From the sequence record SRR22947727_6145: DNA of 34,480 nucleotides; one strand, 5' to 3'. The translations under genes and the position numbers were made by a program. This document shows positions 1 to 8,864 of this stretch, piece by piece. The notes beneath the pieces were generated by a model. It was given only the letters and a program-made list of their open reading frames with translations, searched no databases and was not told the origin of the DNA. The number at the start of each line of letters is the position of its first letter. Position 1 is the first letter of the stretch.

Positions 1-1
1 T

Positions 2-178
2 TCGTTTCCGGAAGACCTTCAGCAAAAAGTTGCTGCTGCTCATCCTGATCTATACGCAAAAACTGACCGAATGGTGACTGCTTTGAAAATTGAGCAGGGG
101 CTCATATCTGCCACCTCATTGAACGAAGCTCCCTTTGGAATTAGTTTGGATCCCGATTTGTTTCAGTTTCAAGAATGA
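2..178 (+). CDS. 3' end of a CDS running in from the left edge (hypothetical protein)
   Basis: Frame open from position 2 to TGA at 176-178: SFPEDLQQKVAAAHPDLYAKTDRMVTALKIEQGLISATSLNEAPFGISLDPDLFQFQE*. It reads as protein-like but is too short to assign a function. Confidence 0.6.
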   Translation, partial: SFPEDLQQKVAAAHPDLYAKTDRMVTALKIEQGLISATSLNEAPFGISLDPDLFQFQE

Positions 179-205
179 AAAGGAGCATGTATGTTTTGCG
201 ACATC

Positions 206-444
206 ATGCCTGATTCGCTAAAACGTATCGCAGTCATTCTCGAAGGGCGGGTTCAATACGAGCGTAAAGTTCGCGAATGGAACTTGCGAAGCGGCTTTTG
301 ATTGAAACACGACAACCGCTCCGTGAAATCGCGATCCAGTGCGGGTGCGGAGATGCTTCGCGAATGGTGACGATGTTTCGCAGAGAATGCGGAATGACGC
401 CCGGTGAATTTCGGAAAGTAAAAACGAATTCTACGATCCAATAG
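206..444 (+). pseudogene. Internally deleted XylR/AraC-family transcriptional regulator remnant
   Basis: ATG206 gives MPDSLKRIAVILEGRVQYERKV, resembling a XylR-type N-terminus. A different frame (274-444) gives RMELAKRLLIETRQPLREIAIQCGCGDASRMVTMFRRECGMTPGEFRK, the C-terminal AraC HTH pattern. The central ligand-binding domain is absent. Confidence 0.75.
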
Positions 445-477
445 GGTACGTTCGATAAACCAATAGGGTTGGTTCGT
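433..477 (+). repeat. 45-bp element, copy 1 (two units in tandem orientation)
   Basis: ACGATCCAATAGGGTACGTTCG + ATAAACCAATAGGGTTGGTTCGT. By hand alignment it is 39/45 identical to the reverse complement of 33781-33825. Confidence 0.9.
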
Positions 478-573
478 TGTGGAGTGATTTCCGTTTTGAG
501 CCTCGCACAAAAGTCATGCGGAGACGGGAGCGTGCGTCTGGACAGGGAAGATTTCAACGAATACGATGCGAGT

Positions 574-1734
574 ATGAAACGATTTCTGCTTTTCGCGACT
601 CTTCCGATTTTAGCAACGGCCTTTGCAGCGCCGGAGGTGAAAACTATTGAACCGGGCACGAAGGCTCCCGATTTTAATTTACCGGGAGTGGACGGAAAAA
701 ATCACACGCTCGGTGAATATTCGAAGACGGATATTTTGGCGGTTCTATTCACCTGTAATCATTGCCCGTCAGCGCAGGGGGCGGAGTCGCGGGTGAAAAA
801 AATTGTGGCGGATTATGCGGACAAATCATTTCAGCTGGTAGCGATTTCGCCGAACTCTGCGGAAGCGGTTCGAGTGAACGAGCTTGGGTATTCGGTCTAT
901 GGCGATTCGCTGGAGGACATGAAAAAGCACGCAAAGGATCAAGGATTCACCTTTCCGTATCTGTATGATGGCGAGACGCAGTCAGTTTCGAAGGCTTATG
1001 GTGCGTTGGCGACGCCTCATCTTTTCATCTTCGATAAGGGTCGAGTTTTGCAATATGTGGGGCGAATTGACGATTCGAAATTCGGTGATCCGAGCACGAT
1101 TAAAAAACACGATGCACGCGAGGCGATTGATGCGTTGCTCGCAGGAAAGCCGGTTCAGAACCCAATAACCCGGGCTCACGGATGCACTACAAAATGGGCT
1201 TACAAAGGTGACTTGGCGGTAAAGTTTAATGAGGAATTCAAAGCCAAGGCGGTGACGATTAAAAAAATTGATGTCGAGGGCGTTAAGGGATTGGCGAAAA
1301 ACGATACCGAAAAATATCGGTTGGTGAATTTGTGGGCAACGTGGTGTGCGCCATGTGTTGATGAGATGCCGGAGTTAGTAGCGATCGGACGCCAGTTTGA
1401 AACACGTGGATTTGATATGATCACGATCAGCCAGGATGCGCCGGGGCAGATTGATGCGGCGGGAAAAGTCCTGAAGCGCATGCACGCAGCGATGCCGGAT
1501 CGAACGGCTGAGTCGGTAAAGGAAGAAGGACGGACGACGAATAATTATCTTTTCGAAGGGGATAGCGATGCTCTGGCAGAAGCGCTCGATAAAGAATGGC
1601 CTGGACCAATTCCGCACACAGTTCTCATCGCACCTGGTGGAAAAATTGTATGGCGTCACAATGGCCAAATCGATGCGGACGAACTGCGCCGTCAAATCGT
1701 GGCAAAATTAGGCCGCTGGTATTCGCCCAAATAA
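574..1734 (+). CDS. Secreted tandem thioredoxin-fold (redoxin) protein: AhpC/TSA-like domain plus TlpA-like domain
   Basis: Signal peptide MKRFLLFATLPILATAFA from ATG574; APDFNLPGVDGK, TCNHCP and FPYLYD motifs; second domain VNLWATWCAPC. Confidence 0.85.
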   Translation: MKRFLLFATLPILATAFAAPEVKTIEPGTKAPDFNLPGVDGKNHTLGEYSKTDILAVLFTCNHCPSAQGAESRVKKIVADYADKSFQLVAISPNSAEAVRVNELGYSVYGDSLEDMKKHAKDQGFTFPYLYDGETQSVSKAYGALATPHLFIFDKGRVLQYVGRIDDSKFGDPSTIKKHDAREAIDALLAGKPVQNPITRAHGCTTKWAYKGDLAVKFNEEFKAKAVTIKKIDVEGVKGLAKNDTEKYRLVNLWATWCAPCVDEMPELVAIGRQFETRGFDMITISQDAPGQIDAAGKVLKRMHAAMPDRTAESVKEEGRTTNNYLFEGDSDALAEALDKEWPGPIPHTVLIAPGGKIVWRHNGQIDADELRRQIVAKLGRWYSPK

Positions 1735-1741
1735 CAAGTGA

Positions 1742-2422
1742 TCAATCGAGCGGCTTCAGCCGGATTTTGCGAAACGCTGCGACGCAACCTTTGCCGTGGT
1801 CCTGGAGAGCGATAAGCCCTTTGGTCATCGTATATTTTTCTTCTAAATCGGTGAGGATGGAAAACGTCTTGCCGTTGATTTTCTGAGTCACGGTCGAGCC
1901 TTTGGCAATGATCACGAGCTTGTTCCATTCACCGTCTTTGCAGAGTTTTTTGAGGGCTTCACCGTCGCCGATTGATTTCACGGTCTTGGTGCCGTCGGCG
2001 GCGTAAGTGGTGTGCTCACCAGCAAGAGCGAGGTGGGATCGGTGTTTTTCCGGGGCAAGCGAGTGATGCCAGAGTCCCATGACATCGTGCTTTGCGATTT
2101 CGACCTGATATCCCTGAACGTGATACGGTGCGTCTCCCATCATGTGACTTCGAATTTGGACGCCACTGTTTCCTGAGGTGAACTTGAATTCGAGACGAAG
2201 CTCAAAATCAGCAGGTTCGCCGCCTTCCCAAATCAACCAGTTTTTGCCGCCTTTGGGCTGGCCTGTGCAAACGATCGCGCCGTCTTCGACTTTCCACGCA
2301 CTGGGAACGCCATCCCAATCGGTGAGATCTTTTCCGTTAAAAATCGAAACGAATCCGGCTTCGTCATGGGCGAAGGCGAGAGGAGCGAGGGTGAGTGCTG
2401 CGAGAAAAATCCTGAATGTCAT
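1742..2422 (-). CDS. DUF1080 (3-keto-disaccharide hydrolase-like) secreted protein
   Basis: Signal peptide, then FVSIFNGKDLTDW, WKVEDGAI, DFELRLEFK, GNSGVQIRS, GYQVEI, GLIALQDHG and FRKIRLK motifs typical of the family. Confidence 0.9.
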   Translation of the reverse strand: MTFRIFLAALTLAPLAFAHDEAGFVSIFNGKDLTDWDGVPSAWKVEDGAIVCTGQPKGGKNWLIWEGGEPADFELRLEFKFTSGNSGVQIRSHMMGDAPYHVQGYQVEIAKHDVMGLWHHSLAPEKHRSHLALAGEHTTYAADGTKTVKSIGDGEALKKLCKDGEWNKLVIIAKGSTVTQKINGKTFSILTDLEEKYTMTKGLIALQDHGKGCVAAFRKIRLKPLD

Positions 2423-2452
2423 GATAACGATGCTATCACAATTACACGTAAA

Positions 2453-3433
2453 TTATGTCGCAAAAAATGGCTCAAATGTGTCGGGGACAGGTGCCTCAAA
2501 TACCATGGTTTCCCTGGAAATGGGATGGCGCAAACCGAGCTTCCAGGCGTGGAGCATGAGCCGGCCGGTTTTAGTCTGTTGTCGTTTTGGGTTTGCGTAA
2601 ATGAGATCTCCAACGATCGGGCAGCGGAGATTTTCTTTCATGTGGACGCGAATTTGATGGGTGCGACCGGTGAAAATTCGACACTCGACTAGTGCCCACC
2701 GATGAGATGAATCCGAATTGGTAACGGTAAATTCAGTAATAGCCTCTTTACCGCCGGGAGCATTCAAAACAGCCATGCGCTGACGATGAATCGGATGGCG
2801 ACCGATTCGATTTTCGATTCGGCCGGACTCGCTTGGAGGGCAGCCTTCAACGACAGCGAGATAGGTCTTTGAAGTTTCACGCCCAGCAAATTGTGAGACC
2901 AAATCAGCACGGGCGGCTTCGGTTTTTGCGGCGACGAGGCAGCCGCTGGTATCTTTGTCCAACCGATGAACGATCCCGGGACGAACCGCTTCGCCCACAA
3001 TTCGCAGCGAATCGCCGACGTGATGCAGCAATGCATTTACCAGGGTGCCATCGGGATTTCCCGCTGCGGGATGAATAACGAGTCCAATGGGTTTGTTGAT
3101 TACAAGTAGGTGGTCGTCTTCGTAAAGAATGTTGAGCGGGATGTCTTGAGCGATCAGTTCATCTGGCTTTTTGTCGGGCGGCGTCAGAACTATTTTATCG
3201 CCGGGAGATACTCCTAATTTAGCTTTCGTCGCTGTCTTGCCATTGACCTCAACGCAGCCGGTTTTGATAAAATCCTGAATTTTCGACCGGGAAAATTCGA
3301 GTTGCTTTGAACCGCAAAATTCCACCAGTACCCGATCCAAACGATCGCCGGTACTGGTGGAATCATTGATGATGAATTCCTGCCTTGGAGAGGGCAAGCC
3401 TTCGGGAAAAGGCGTTTTGGAGTCGATCGACAT
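2453..3433 (-). CDS. rluD: RluA-family 23S rRNA pseudouridine synthase (RluD)
   Basis: S4-like domain (RLDRVL...SRSKIQDFIK), ILYEDDHLLVINKP, catalytic GIVHRLDKDTSG, TGRTHQIRVH, LMLHAWKL. ATG at 3433 overlaps the upstream gene's TGA (TGATG). Confidence 0.93.
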   Translation of the reverse strand: MSIDSKTPFPEGLPSPRQEFIINDSTSTGDRLDRVLVEFCGSKQLEFSRSKIQDFIKTGCVEVNGKTATKAKLGVSPGDKIVLTPPDKKPDELIAQDIPLNILYEDDHLLVINKPIGLVIHPAAGNPDGTLVNALLHHVGDSLRIVGEAVRPGIVHRLDKDTSGCLVAAKTEAARADLVSQFAGRETSKTYLAVVEGCPPSESGRIENRIGRHPIHRQRMAVLNAPGGKEAITEFTVTNSDSSHRWALVECRIFTGRTHQIRVHMKENLRCPIVGDLIYANPKRQQTKTGRLMLHAWKLGLRHPISRETMVFEAPVPDTFEPFFAT

Positions 3434-4617
3434 CAGTCGAGTCGAGGTGTATAAGGTGGTAGATCGAAGTTTGGTCGAAGGTCGTCGATCGTTTGCCAAG
3501 TCTGTAAAGTTTTGTAATGGGAAAGCGGGACGAGTTTAAGCGAAATGGTATCGCCAACGCTGCGTCTCGCTGCACCGGTAAGTCTACGATTGAATACGAT
3601 GCCGTGAGCTCCACGAATTTTTTTGTAGGGGTAGTTTCCTTTTCGATCCCGGATGATTTCGTATTCGTAAATTCCGAGCGCGTTCGGGTAGGTCACCCGG
3701 TTCAGTTCAGTTGCGGGTAGCGTCGATTTTTCAACAAGTCTTAAATCCAGTTCGACCGGCTCATTAAAATCTGCCCGAGATTTTATATCCCCCGCAGTCT
3801 TGATTTTTTTCCTATCCACAGATAAATACGCGGCGGTGGAGTCTGGTGAAACTGCGATTGGAGTTGCTCGAATTGGGACCTTTGACGCGTATGAAGAATT
3901 GATCTTCATATATACGTTGAAATCCGAAGTCACCCGAGTAGCCCATTCACGGGCCTCAATCGAACCATAGTGAATTCCGTCTGTGGCAGGATAGGGATCG
4001 TCAAATTTGGTGTACTTCTGGCTCTCGAAAACGGCTCCGTTATATTCTTTTACAACGTCGCGCATGATGGTTACGAGTTCCGACTGAAGTTCGTTGCTGT
4101 ATCGCTTTTGGTGAGAGTTCGGGGGTAAAATCCAGTATCCCTTTGCATCGACGTCTGCGATCGCTTTGCACATTTGATCGATCAAGGAACGAACTTCTTC
4201 TTTATTCTCCGCTTTTGGCCGACGGCGAGAACGCAGTGTTGCGTATAAATTGATCCCAGTCTGAACAACGACCACATTGGGATAGTGTTTTTCGATTAGA
4301 TCTTCGATTTTGGGGACCGCACGGACGTAGCCGAGACGTTTATCAGAAGCTGTCGTTTTCTCCCAATATCCGATCGTGCAGGGAAGGGGTTGGTAAGCTT
4401 TGAGCCAATAATAAGGGCTGGCTCCTCCAGCAACAACCGTGTGGACGTCGAATCCTGCATTTCGAAAATTGGTATCAATCGTCGTTCCGAAGGCTCCCAT
4501 ATTCAATGAGTCGCCTAGATAAAGGACCTTATCAGCGGAATACGCCGGTTTCATCGCAAATCCTGCAGAAAACACGGCGATGAGAGTAAATATTTCATAT
4601 CGAAGTAGCGGGCTCAT
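3433..4617 (-). CDS. Secreted SGNH/GDSL hydrolase-family protein with an additional C-terminal domain
   Basis: Hydrophobic N-terminus, KVLYLGDSL block I, TGIN block III, DGIHY block V; about 110 extra C-terminal residues after a linker. Confidence 0.75.
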   Translation of the reverse strand: MSPLLRYEIFTLIAVFSAGFAMKPAYSADKVLYLGDSLNMGAFGTTIDTNFRNAGFDVHTVVAGGASPYYWLKAYQPLPCTIGYWEKTTASDKRLGYVRAVPKIEDLIEKHYPNVVVVQTGINLYATLRSRRRPKAENKEEVRSLIDQMCKAIADVDAKGYWILPPNSHQKRYSNELQSELVTIMRDVVKEYNGAVFESQKYTKFDDPYPATDGIHYGSIEAREWATRVTSDFNVYMKINSSYASKVPIRATPIAVSPDSTAAYLSVDRKKIKTAGDIKSRADFNEPVELDLRLVEKSTLPATELNRVTYPNALGIYEYEIIRDRKGNYPYKKIRGAHGIVFNRRLTGAARRSVGDTISLKLVPLSHYKTLQTWQTIDDLRPNFDLPPYTPRLD

Positions 4618-4639
4618 CAGAGGTAGACTTCCGGTGTTT

Positions 4640-4800
4640 TACCTTATTTTTGAAAAAAATTCAAGTAATTGAGAGTCAATTTTTAGAATTTTTACAATTA
4701 ATCTAGTTTATAGTTAAGTTCAAGCTGTAGCCATAATTTATGTTATACATTGATTTTTAGAGAGTTGTCAGGAATTTCGGGGTATAATAGCTCATTTATG
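4640..4800. promoter_or_regulatory. AT-rich divergent promoter region
   Basis: Lies between the divergent SGNH and sulfatase genes. Positions 4681-4740 have 13/60 G+C by hand count, and TATAAT occurs at 4783-4788. Confidence 0.5.
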
Positions 4801-4849
4801 CATTCTGAAGGTTGGAAGTGACTGGAAATAATTCGATCTGAAGATTTCA

Positions 4850-4894
4850 GCGATCGAATAGGGGCGATTCAATGAGCGAACCCTGTTTGATCGT
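4850..4894. repeat. 45-bp element, copy 2 (head-to-head, degenerate)
   Basis: GCGATCGAATAGGGGCGATTCAATGAGCGAACCCTGTTTGATCGT; same length and core spacing as the other copies. Confidence 0.75.
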
Positions 4895-4969
4895 GAAACC
4901 GCGATTCCCCACCCAAATGCGGAGCTGTTTTTGATTCCTTTCAGGATGAAATCCCTGAACAATAGCGAT

Positions 4970-6463
4970 ATGAATTCACGACTGTTGTTGTTTTTAGCCT
5001 GCTTGTCTGTGTCGATTCTTTCGGCAAACGGGCAAGAAAAACGCCCAAACATCCTATTTTGCATCGCGGATGACTGGGGGTGGCCGCATGCTTCTGCTTA
5101 TCAGAATGATGAGGTGGTGAAAACGCCGGCTTTTGATCGAATTGCAAAGGAGGGGGTGCTGTTTAACCACGCGTATGTTTCTTCTCCATCATGCACGCCG
5201 TCACGGAATGCGATTTTGACGGGTCGCTACCACTGGCAGCTGGAAGGTGGCGCAAATTTATGGAGCACTCTGGATGACAAAATCGAGACCTATCCGCACC
5301 TGCTCAAAGCCGCTGGATATCACACCGGTTCCTGGCGGAAATCGTGGGGCCCGGGGAAACTGACTGGGAAGTGGAAAGAAAATCATCCCGCTGGTGAACC
5401 GAACAAAAAAGGGTTTGGAGAATTTTTGGAGAACCGTCCTGAGGGCAAGCCCTTTTGTTTTTGGTTGGGAGCGTCAGATCCTCATCGTGGCTACGAATTG
5501 AATTCGGGGCAGAAGTCGGGCATGGATATTTCGAAGATAAAACTGTTCCCGCATTATCCGGACTCGGAAGTAGTCCGAAGTGATGTGGCTGATTATTATT
5601 TCGAGGTCGAGCGATTCGATTCCGATGTGGAAAAAGCTCTCGCGTTGCTGGAGGCCTCGGGTGAGGCAGGCAATACGATTGTTGTGATCACGGGCGATCA
5701 CGGAATGCCCTTTCCGCGTTGCAAAAGCAATCTCTACGACTGCGGTACGCGCGTTCCATTGGCGATGCGCTGGCCGAGTGAAGTGAAGGCAGGGCAGGTG
5801 TTGAATGGATTTGTATCTACGACAGATTTTGCACCCACGTTTCTCCAAGCCGCTGGAGTGAAAATCCCCGGAGTTGTTTCAGGGCAAAGCTTGCTTGCTG
5901 CAGTCACCGGTGGGGGCGATTCAGCGTTGCGCCCTTTCATTCTCACTGGAAAAGAGCGTCACGTTCCGAGCCAGGAAGCGCCGGACATGGGTGGATTTCC
6001 GATGCGTTCGATTCGCGACAATGATTTTCTTTATATCCGCAATTACGAACCGGATCGCTGGCCGAACGGCACTCCGGAATGGAAGAAAGCATCGGTTCCA
6101 AACACCTGGTTTGGCGACACCGACAATGGTCCGACAAAAACGTACATCCTCGATAATAAGGACAAAGATGACAAGCACCGCATGGCCTACGAGTTGTGTT
6201 TTGCGAAGCGCCCTGCGGATGAATTGTTTGATCTTAAAAACGATCCCGAGCAAATTAACAACATTTCGGACGATCCTAAATATGCAGATGACCTGAAGCG
6301 TTATTCCGAGAAGCTGACATCGCAGCTAGTGGATGCGAAAGATCCACGCCATGTCGAGTCGCTTTCGTATGATTTTGATGGGCAACCGTATTTGGGAGGT
6401 GGGCCGACGCATCCCGATGCACCGAAAAAGCCTAAGAAGAAAAAGGATGGGGGGAAGAAATAA
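4970..6463 (+). CDS. Sulfatase, formylglycine-dependent S1 family (heparan N-sulfatase/sulfamidase-like)
   Basis: Signal peptide from ATG4970, RPNILFCIADDWG, CTPSR, ILTGRY, DPHR and GDHGMPFPRCKSNLYD motifs. The subfamily call is inference. Confidence 0.9.
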   Translation: MNSRLLLFLACLSVSILSANGQEKRPNILFCIADDWGWPHASAYQNDEVVKTPAFDRIAKEGVLFNHAYVSSPSCTPSRNAILTGRYHWQLEGGANLWSTLDDKIETYPHLLKAAGYHTGSWRKSWGPGKLTGKWKENHPAGEPNKKGFGEFLENRPEGKPFCFWLGASDPHRGYELNSGQKSGMDISKIKLFPHYPDSEVVRSDVADYYFEVERFDSDVEKALALLEASGEAGNTIVVITGDHGMPFPRCKSNLYDCGTRVPLAMRWPSEVKAGQVLNGFVSTTDFAPTFLQAAGVKIPGVVSGQSLLAAVTGGGDSALRPFILTGKERHVPSQEAPDMGGFPMRSIRDNDFLYIRNYEPDRWPNGTPEWKKASVPNTWFGDTDNGPTKTYILDNKDKDDKHRMAYELCFAKRPADELFDLKNDPEQINNISDDPKYADDLKRYSEKLTSQLVDAKDPRHVESLSYDFDGQPYLGGGPTHPDAPKKPKKKKDGGKK

Positions 6464-6484
6464 AATTCCGGATTGGAATTTTTT
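6462..6484 (+). terminator. Putative intrinsic terminator after the sulfatase
   Basis: AAAATTCC-GGATT-GGAATTTT hairpin running into a T tract, right at the stop codon. The stem is AT-rich and weak. Confidence 0.45.
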
Positions 6485-6529
6485 CTGCGTCGCACCGCCA
6501 TTTCTGGCTATGCTGCGTGACTCAGAAAT

Positions 6530-8554
6530 ATGGCCCGTGATTATACTATCAACCGCGTTCCCGCGAACGCTCCTTCGAATATCGATTATGAGAAGGAACT
6601 CAATGACTCTCAGTTCGACGCGGTGACGGCTCCTCCGGGGCCGGCGCTGGTTATTGCAGGCGCCGGGTCGGGCAAAACGCGGACGCTGACTTATCGCGTT
6701 GCGTATTTGCTGGATAACGGGATCAATCCTAAAAATATCCTGCTGCTGACCTTTACCAACAAAGCGGCCCGCGAGATGTTGGAGCGGGTCGAAGAACTGG
6801 TTTCGAGCAACACCGCGGATTTGTGGGGCGGGACGTTTCACTCGATTGGTAATAAAATTTTGCGGCGTCACGCGGCCCGCCTTGGTTGGGAAACCGGTTT
6901 TTCGATCATGGATCGGGAAGACCAGAAGGAGTTGATGCAATCGGTCATCGCCGAAAGCAAAATCGACGTCAAAGAAACGCGCTTTCCCAAGCCGGATGTG
7001 CTCGGGAATATGTTCTCGCTCGCGGAAAATACTTCCGAAACGCTCGATGAAGTTGTCGAATTACGGTATCCGTATTTCTATCATCTGATGGAGCAAATCG
7101 AAGGGCTCCATGTTGCTTACGAGGAGAAAAAGAAGGACACAAATTCGATGGATTTTGATGACCTCCTTGTGAAGACGCTCCTTTTGCTGAAGGAGAATAA
7201 AGACATCTGCGAGATCTACCAAAAGCAGTTCGAGTTCGTTCTTGTTGATGAGTATCAGGACACCAATCAGGTGCAGGCCGAGATGATCGATCTCCTCGGG
7301 ATGCCGCAAAAAAATGTCATGGTGGTTGGTGATGATGCCCAATCGATCTACTCGTGGCGCGGAGCTGATTTCCGCAATATCCTCGAATTCCCCGATCGTT
7401 ATGAAGATACAAAACGCTATGTGATTGAGACTAATTACCGAAGTGTTCCTGAAATTCTGACGTTTGCGAACGCGGCGATTGCGCCGAACCGCGAGCAATT
7501 TAAGAAAAATCTCGCTCCTGCCCGGCCCGATCGCGACATGCTTCCCGCTTTGGTTCCGGTGGCTGATGTGTCGACTCAAGCGCAGTTTGTGGCGCAAAGA
7601 ATTTTGGAGCTTCGCGACGAAGGAATCGAACTTGAGGAGATCGCAATTTTGTATCGGGCGCACTATCAGTCGATGGAAATTCAGATGGAGCTCACGCGGC
7701 GCGGCGTGCCGTTTTTCATCACCAGTGGCCTTCGATTTTTCGAGCAGGCCCACATCAAAGACGTGGCGTCGTTCATCAAATTCGCAGCGAACCGCCGCGA
7801 CGAAATTGCTTTTAAACGCATTGTGAAAATGCTACCAGGTTTTGGCGCAAAGACAGCGGATAACTTGTGGCGTTCATGGCGTGGTAGCGAAGGAGCTCAA
7901 GCCGAAGTGATTGGAACATTCAGCGAATACCTGCTCGATTTTAAAGTCCCGAAAAAAGGTGAAAAAGCGTGGGAGCAACTCGCCTACACGCTTGATGAAT
8001 TGATCAGTGCCGAGGGCGAATTGTATCCGCCTGTGGCGATGATTTCGTCGATCGCCAATGGTGTTTACGACGACTACATGCGATCGAAATTTCCGAATTA
8101 CGACAACCGGATTCAGGATATTCGTCAGCTGGAACGCTACAGCGAAGGGTTTGAAGACGTGGCGGAATTTCTCTCCCAACTGAGTCTGTTGGCGGGGCAG
8201 GATGCTGTTGGCGCGACTCAGGAAGAAAGCGACAAAGAGTCCGTTTGCTTAAGCTCAGTCCATCAGGCGAAAGGCCTCGAGTGGCGGGTTGTTTTTGTAG
8301 TTTGGCTAGCCGAAGGCATGTTTCCAAATGCCCGCGTCCTCGACGAAGATGGCGAAGACGAAAGCGGCTTGGAAGAAGAGCGGCGCCTGTTCTACGTTGC
8401 TGTGACGCGAGCGAAAGACGAGCTGTATTTGCTGTATCCAAACATGTGGCACGGCGCTCATAATGGAAATGTCATTCAGCGGCCGTCCCGGTTTTTGGAA
8501 GATATTCCGACTGATTTGGTCGAAGAATGGCGAGTTGGTGGGAACCCCTGGTGA
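6530..8554 (+). CDS. UvrD/PcrA/Rep-family ATP-dependent DNA helicase
   Basis: LNDSQ Q-motif, AGAGSGKT Walker A, LTFTNKAA, GTFHS, VDEYQDTN, VGDDAQSIYSWRGA, NYRS, HQAKGLEW, EERRLFYVAVTRA. Confidence 0.95.
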   Translation: MARDYTINRVPANAPSNIDYEKELNDSQFDAVTAPPGPALVIAGAGSGKTRTLTYRVAYLLDNGINPKNILLLTFTNKAAREMLERVEELVSSNTADLWGGTFHSIGNKILRRHAARLGWETGFSIMDREDQKELMQSVIAESKIDVKETRFPKPDVLGNMFSLAENTSETLDEVVELRYPYFYHLMEQIEGLHVAYEEKKKDTNSMDFDDLLVKTLLLLKENKDICEIYQKQFEFVLVDEYQDTNQVQAEMIDLLGMPQKNVMVVGDDAQSIYSWRGADFRNILEFPDRYEDTKRYVIETNYRSVPEILTFANAAIAPNREQFKKNLAPARPDRDMLPALVPVADVSTQAQFVAQRILELRDEGIELEEIAILYRAHYQSMEIQMELTRRGVPFFITSGLRFFEQAHIKDVASFIKFAANRRDEIAFKRIVKMLPGFGAKTADNLWRSWRGSEGAQAEVIGTFSEYLLDFKVPKKGEKAWEQLAYTLDELISAEGELYPPVAMISSIANGVYDDYMRSKFPNYDNRIQDIRQLERYSEGFEDVAEFLSQLSLLAGQDAVGATQEESDKESVCLSSVHQAKGLEWRVVFVVWLAEGMFPNARVLDEDGEDESGLEEERRLFYVAVTRAKDELYLLYPNMWHGAHNGNVIQRPSRFLEDIPTDLVEEWRVGGNPW

Positions 8555-8590
8555 TTCTATTTCGATTGCAATTCTCAGGTTTTTTTCACC

Positions 8591-8857
8591 CTAAGTTGAA
8601 AATTGATACACCAGATATCCAATCCAGCTGATCATTGACATCACCAAAACAGTTGAAATCGCTAGGAGGAAAATCACACAAAAAGGTTTCCTCAAATTAT
8701 TGCGTTTAAGATAACGCAGTGCAATTTCGAGATCCAAATATGGGGCCATGGGATGAAGAAATGCAGAGGGGGAAAGTTTTTGAAGTAAAATAAATCGCCG
8801 AACCGGAAGCCACGCCAGAAGAATTAGAAATACGAATATTGCAAATGCCCACTTCAT
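8591..8857 (-). CDS. Small hypothetical membrane protein (two hydrophobic segments)
   Basis: 88-aa ORF starting 8 bp after the sulfatase stop, preceded by GAGGGA; hydrophobic N- and C-terminal helices. Confidence 0.5.
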   Translation of the reverse strand: MKWAFAIFVFLILLAWLPVRRFILLQKLSPSAFLHPMAPYLDLEIALRYLKRNNLRKPFCVIFLLAISTVLVMSMISWIGYLVYQFST

Positions 8858-8864
8858 CTATCCC

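Noticed and set aside
433-477. Tandem 22-bp units as a mini CRISPR array
   Set aside because: The units abut with no spacer, there are at most three per locus, and no cas genes are present.
469-573. ORF-track N-terminal extensions (redoxin from 469, ROK to 11971, ADP-ribosylglycohydrolase from 24636)
   Set aside because: These starts fall inside repeat elements, and downstream ATGs give proper signal peptides or family N-termini.
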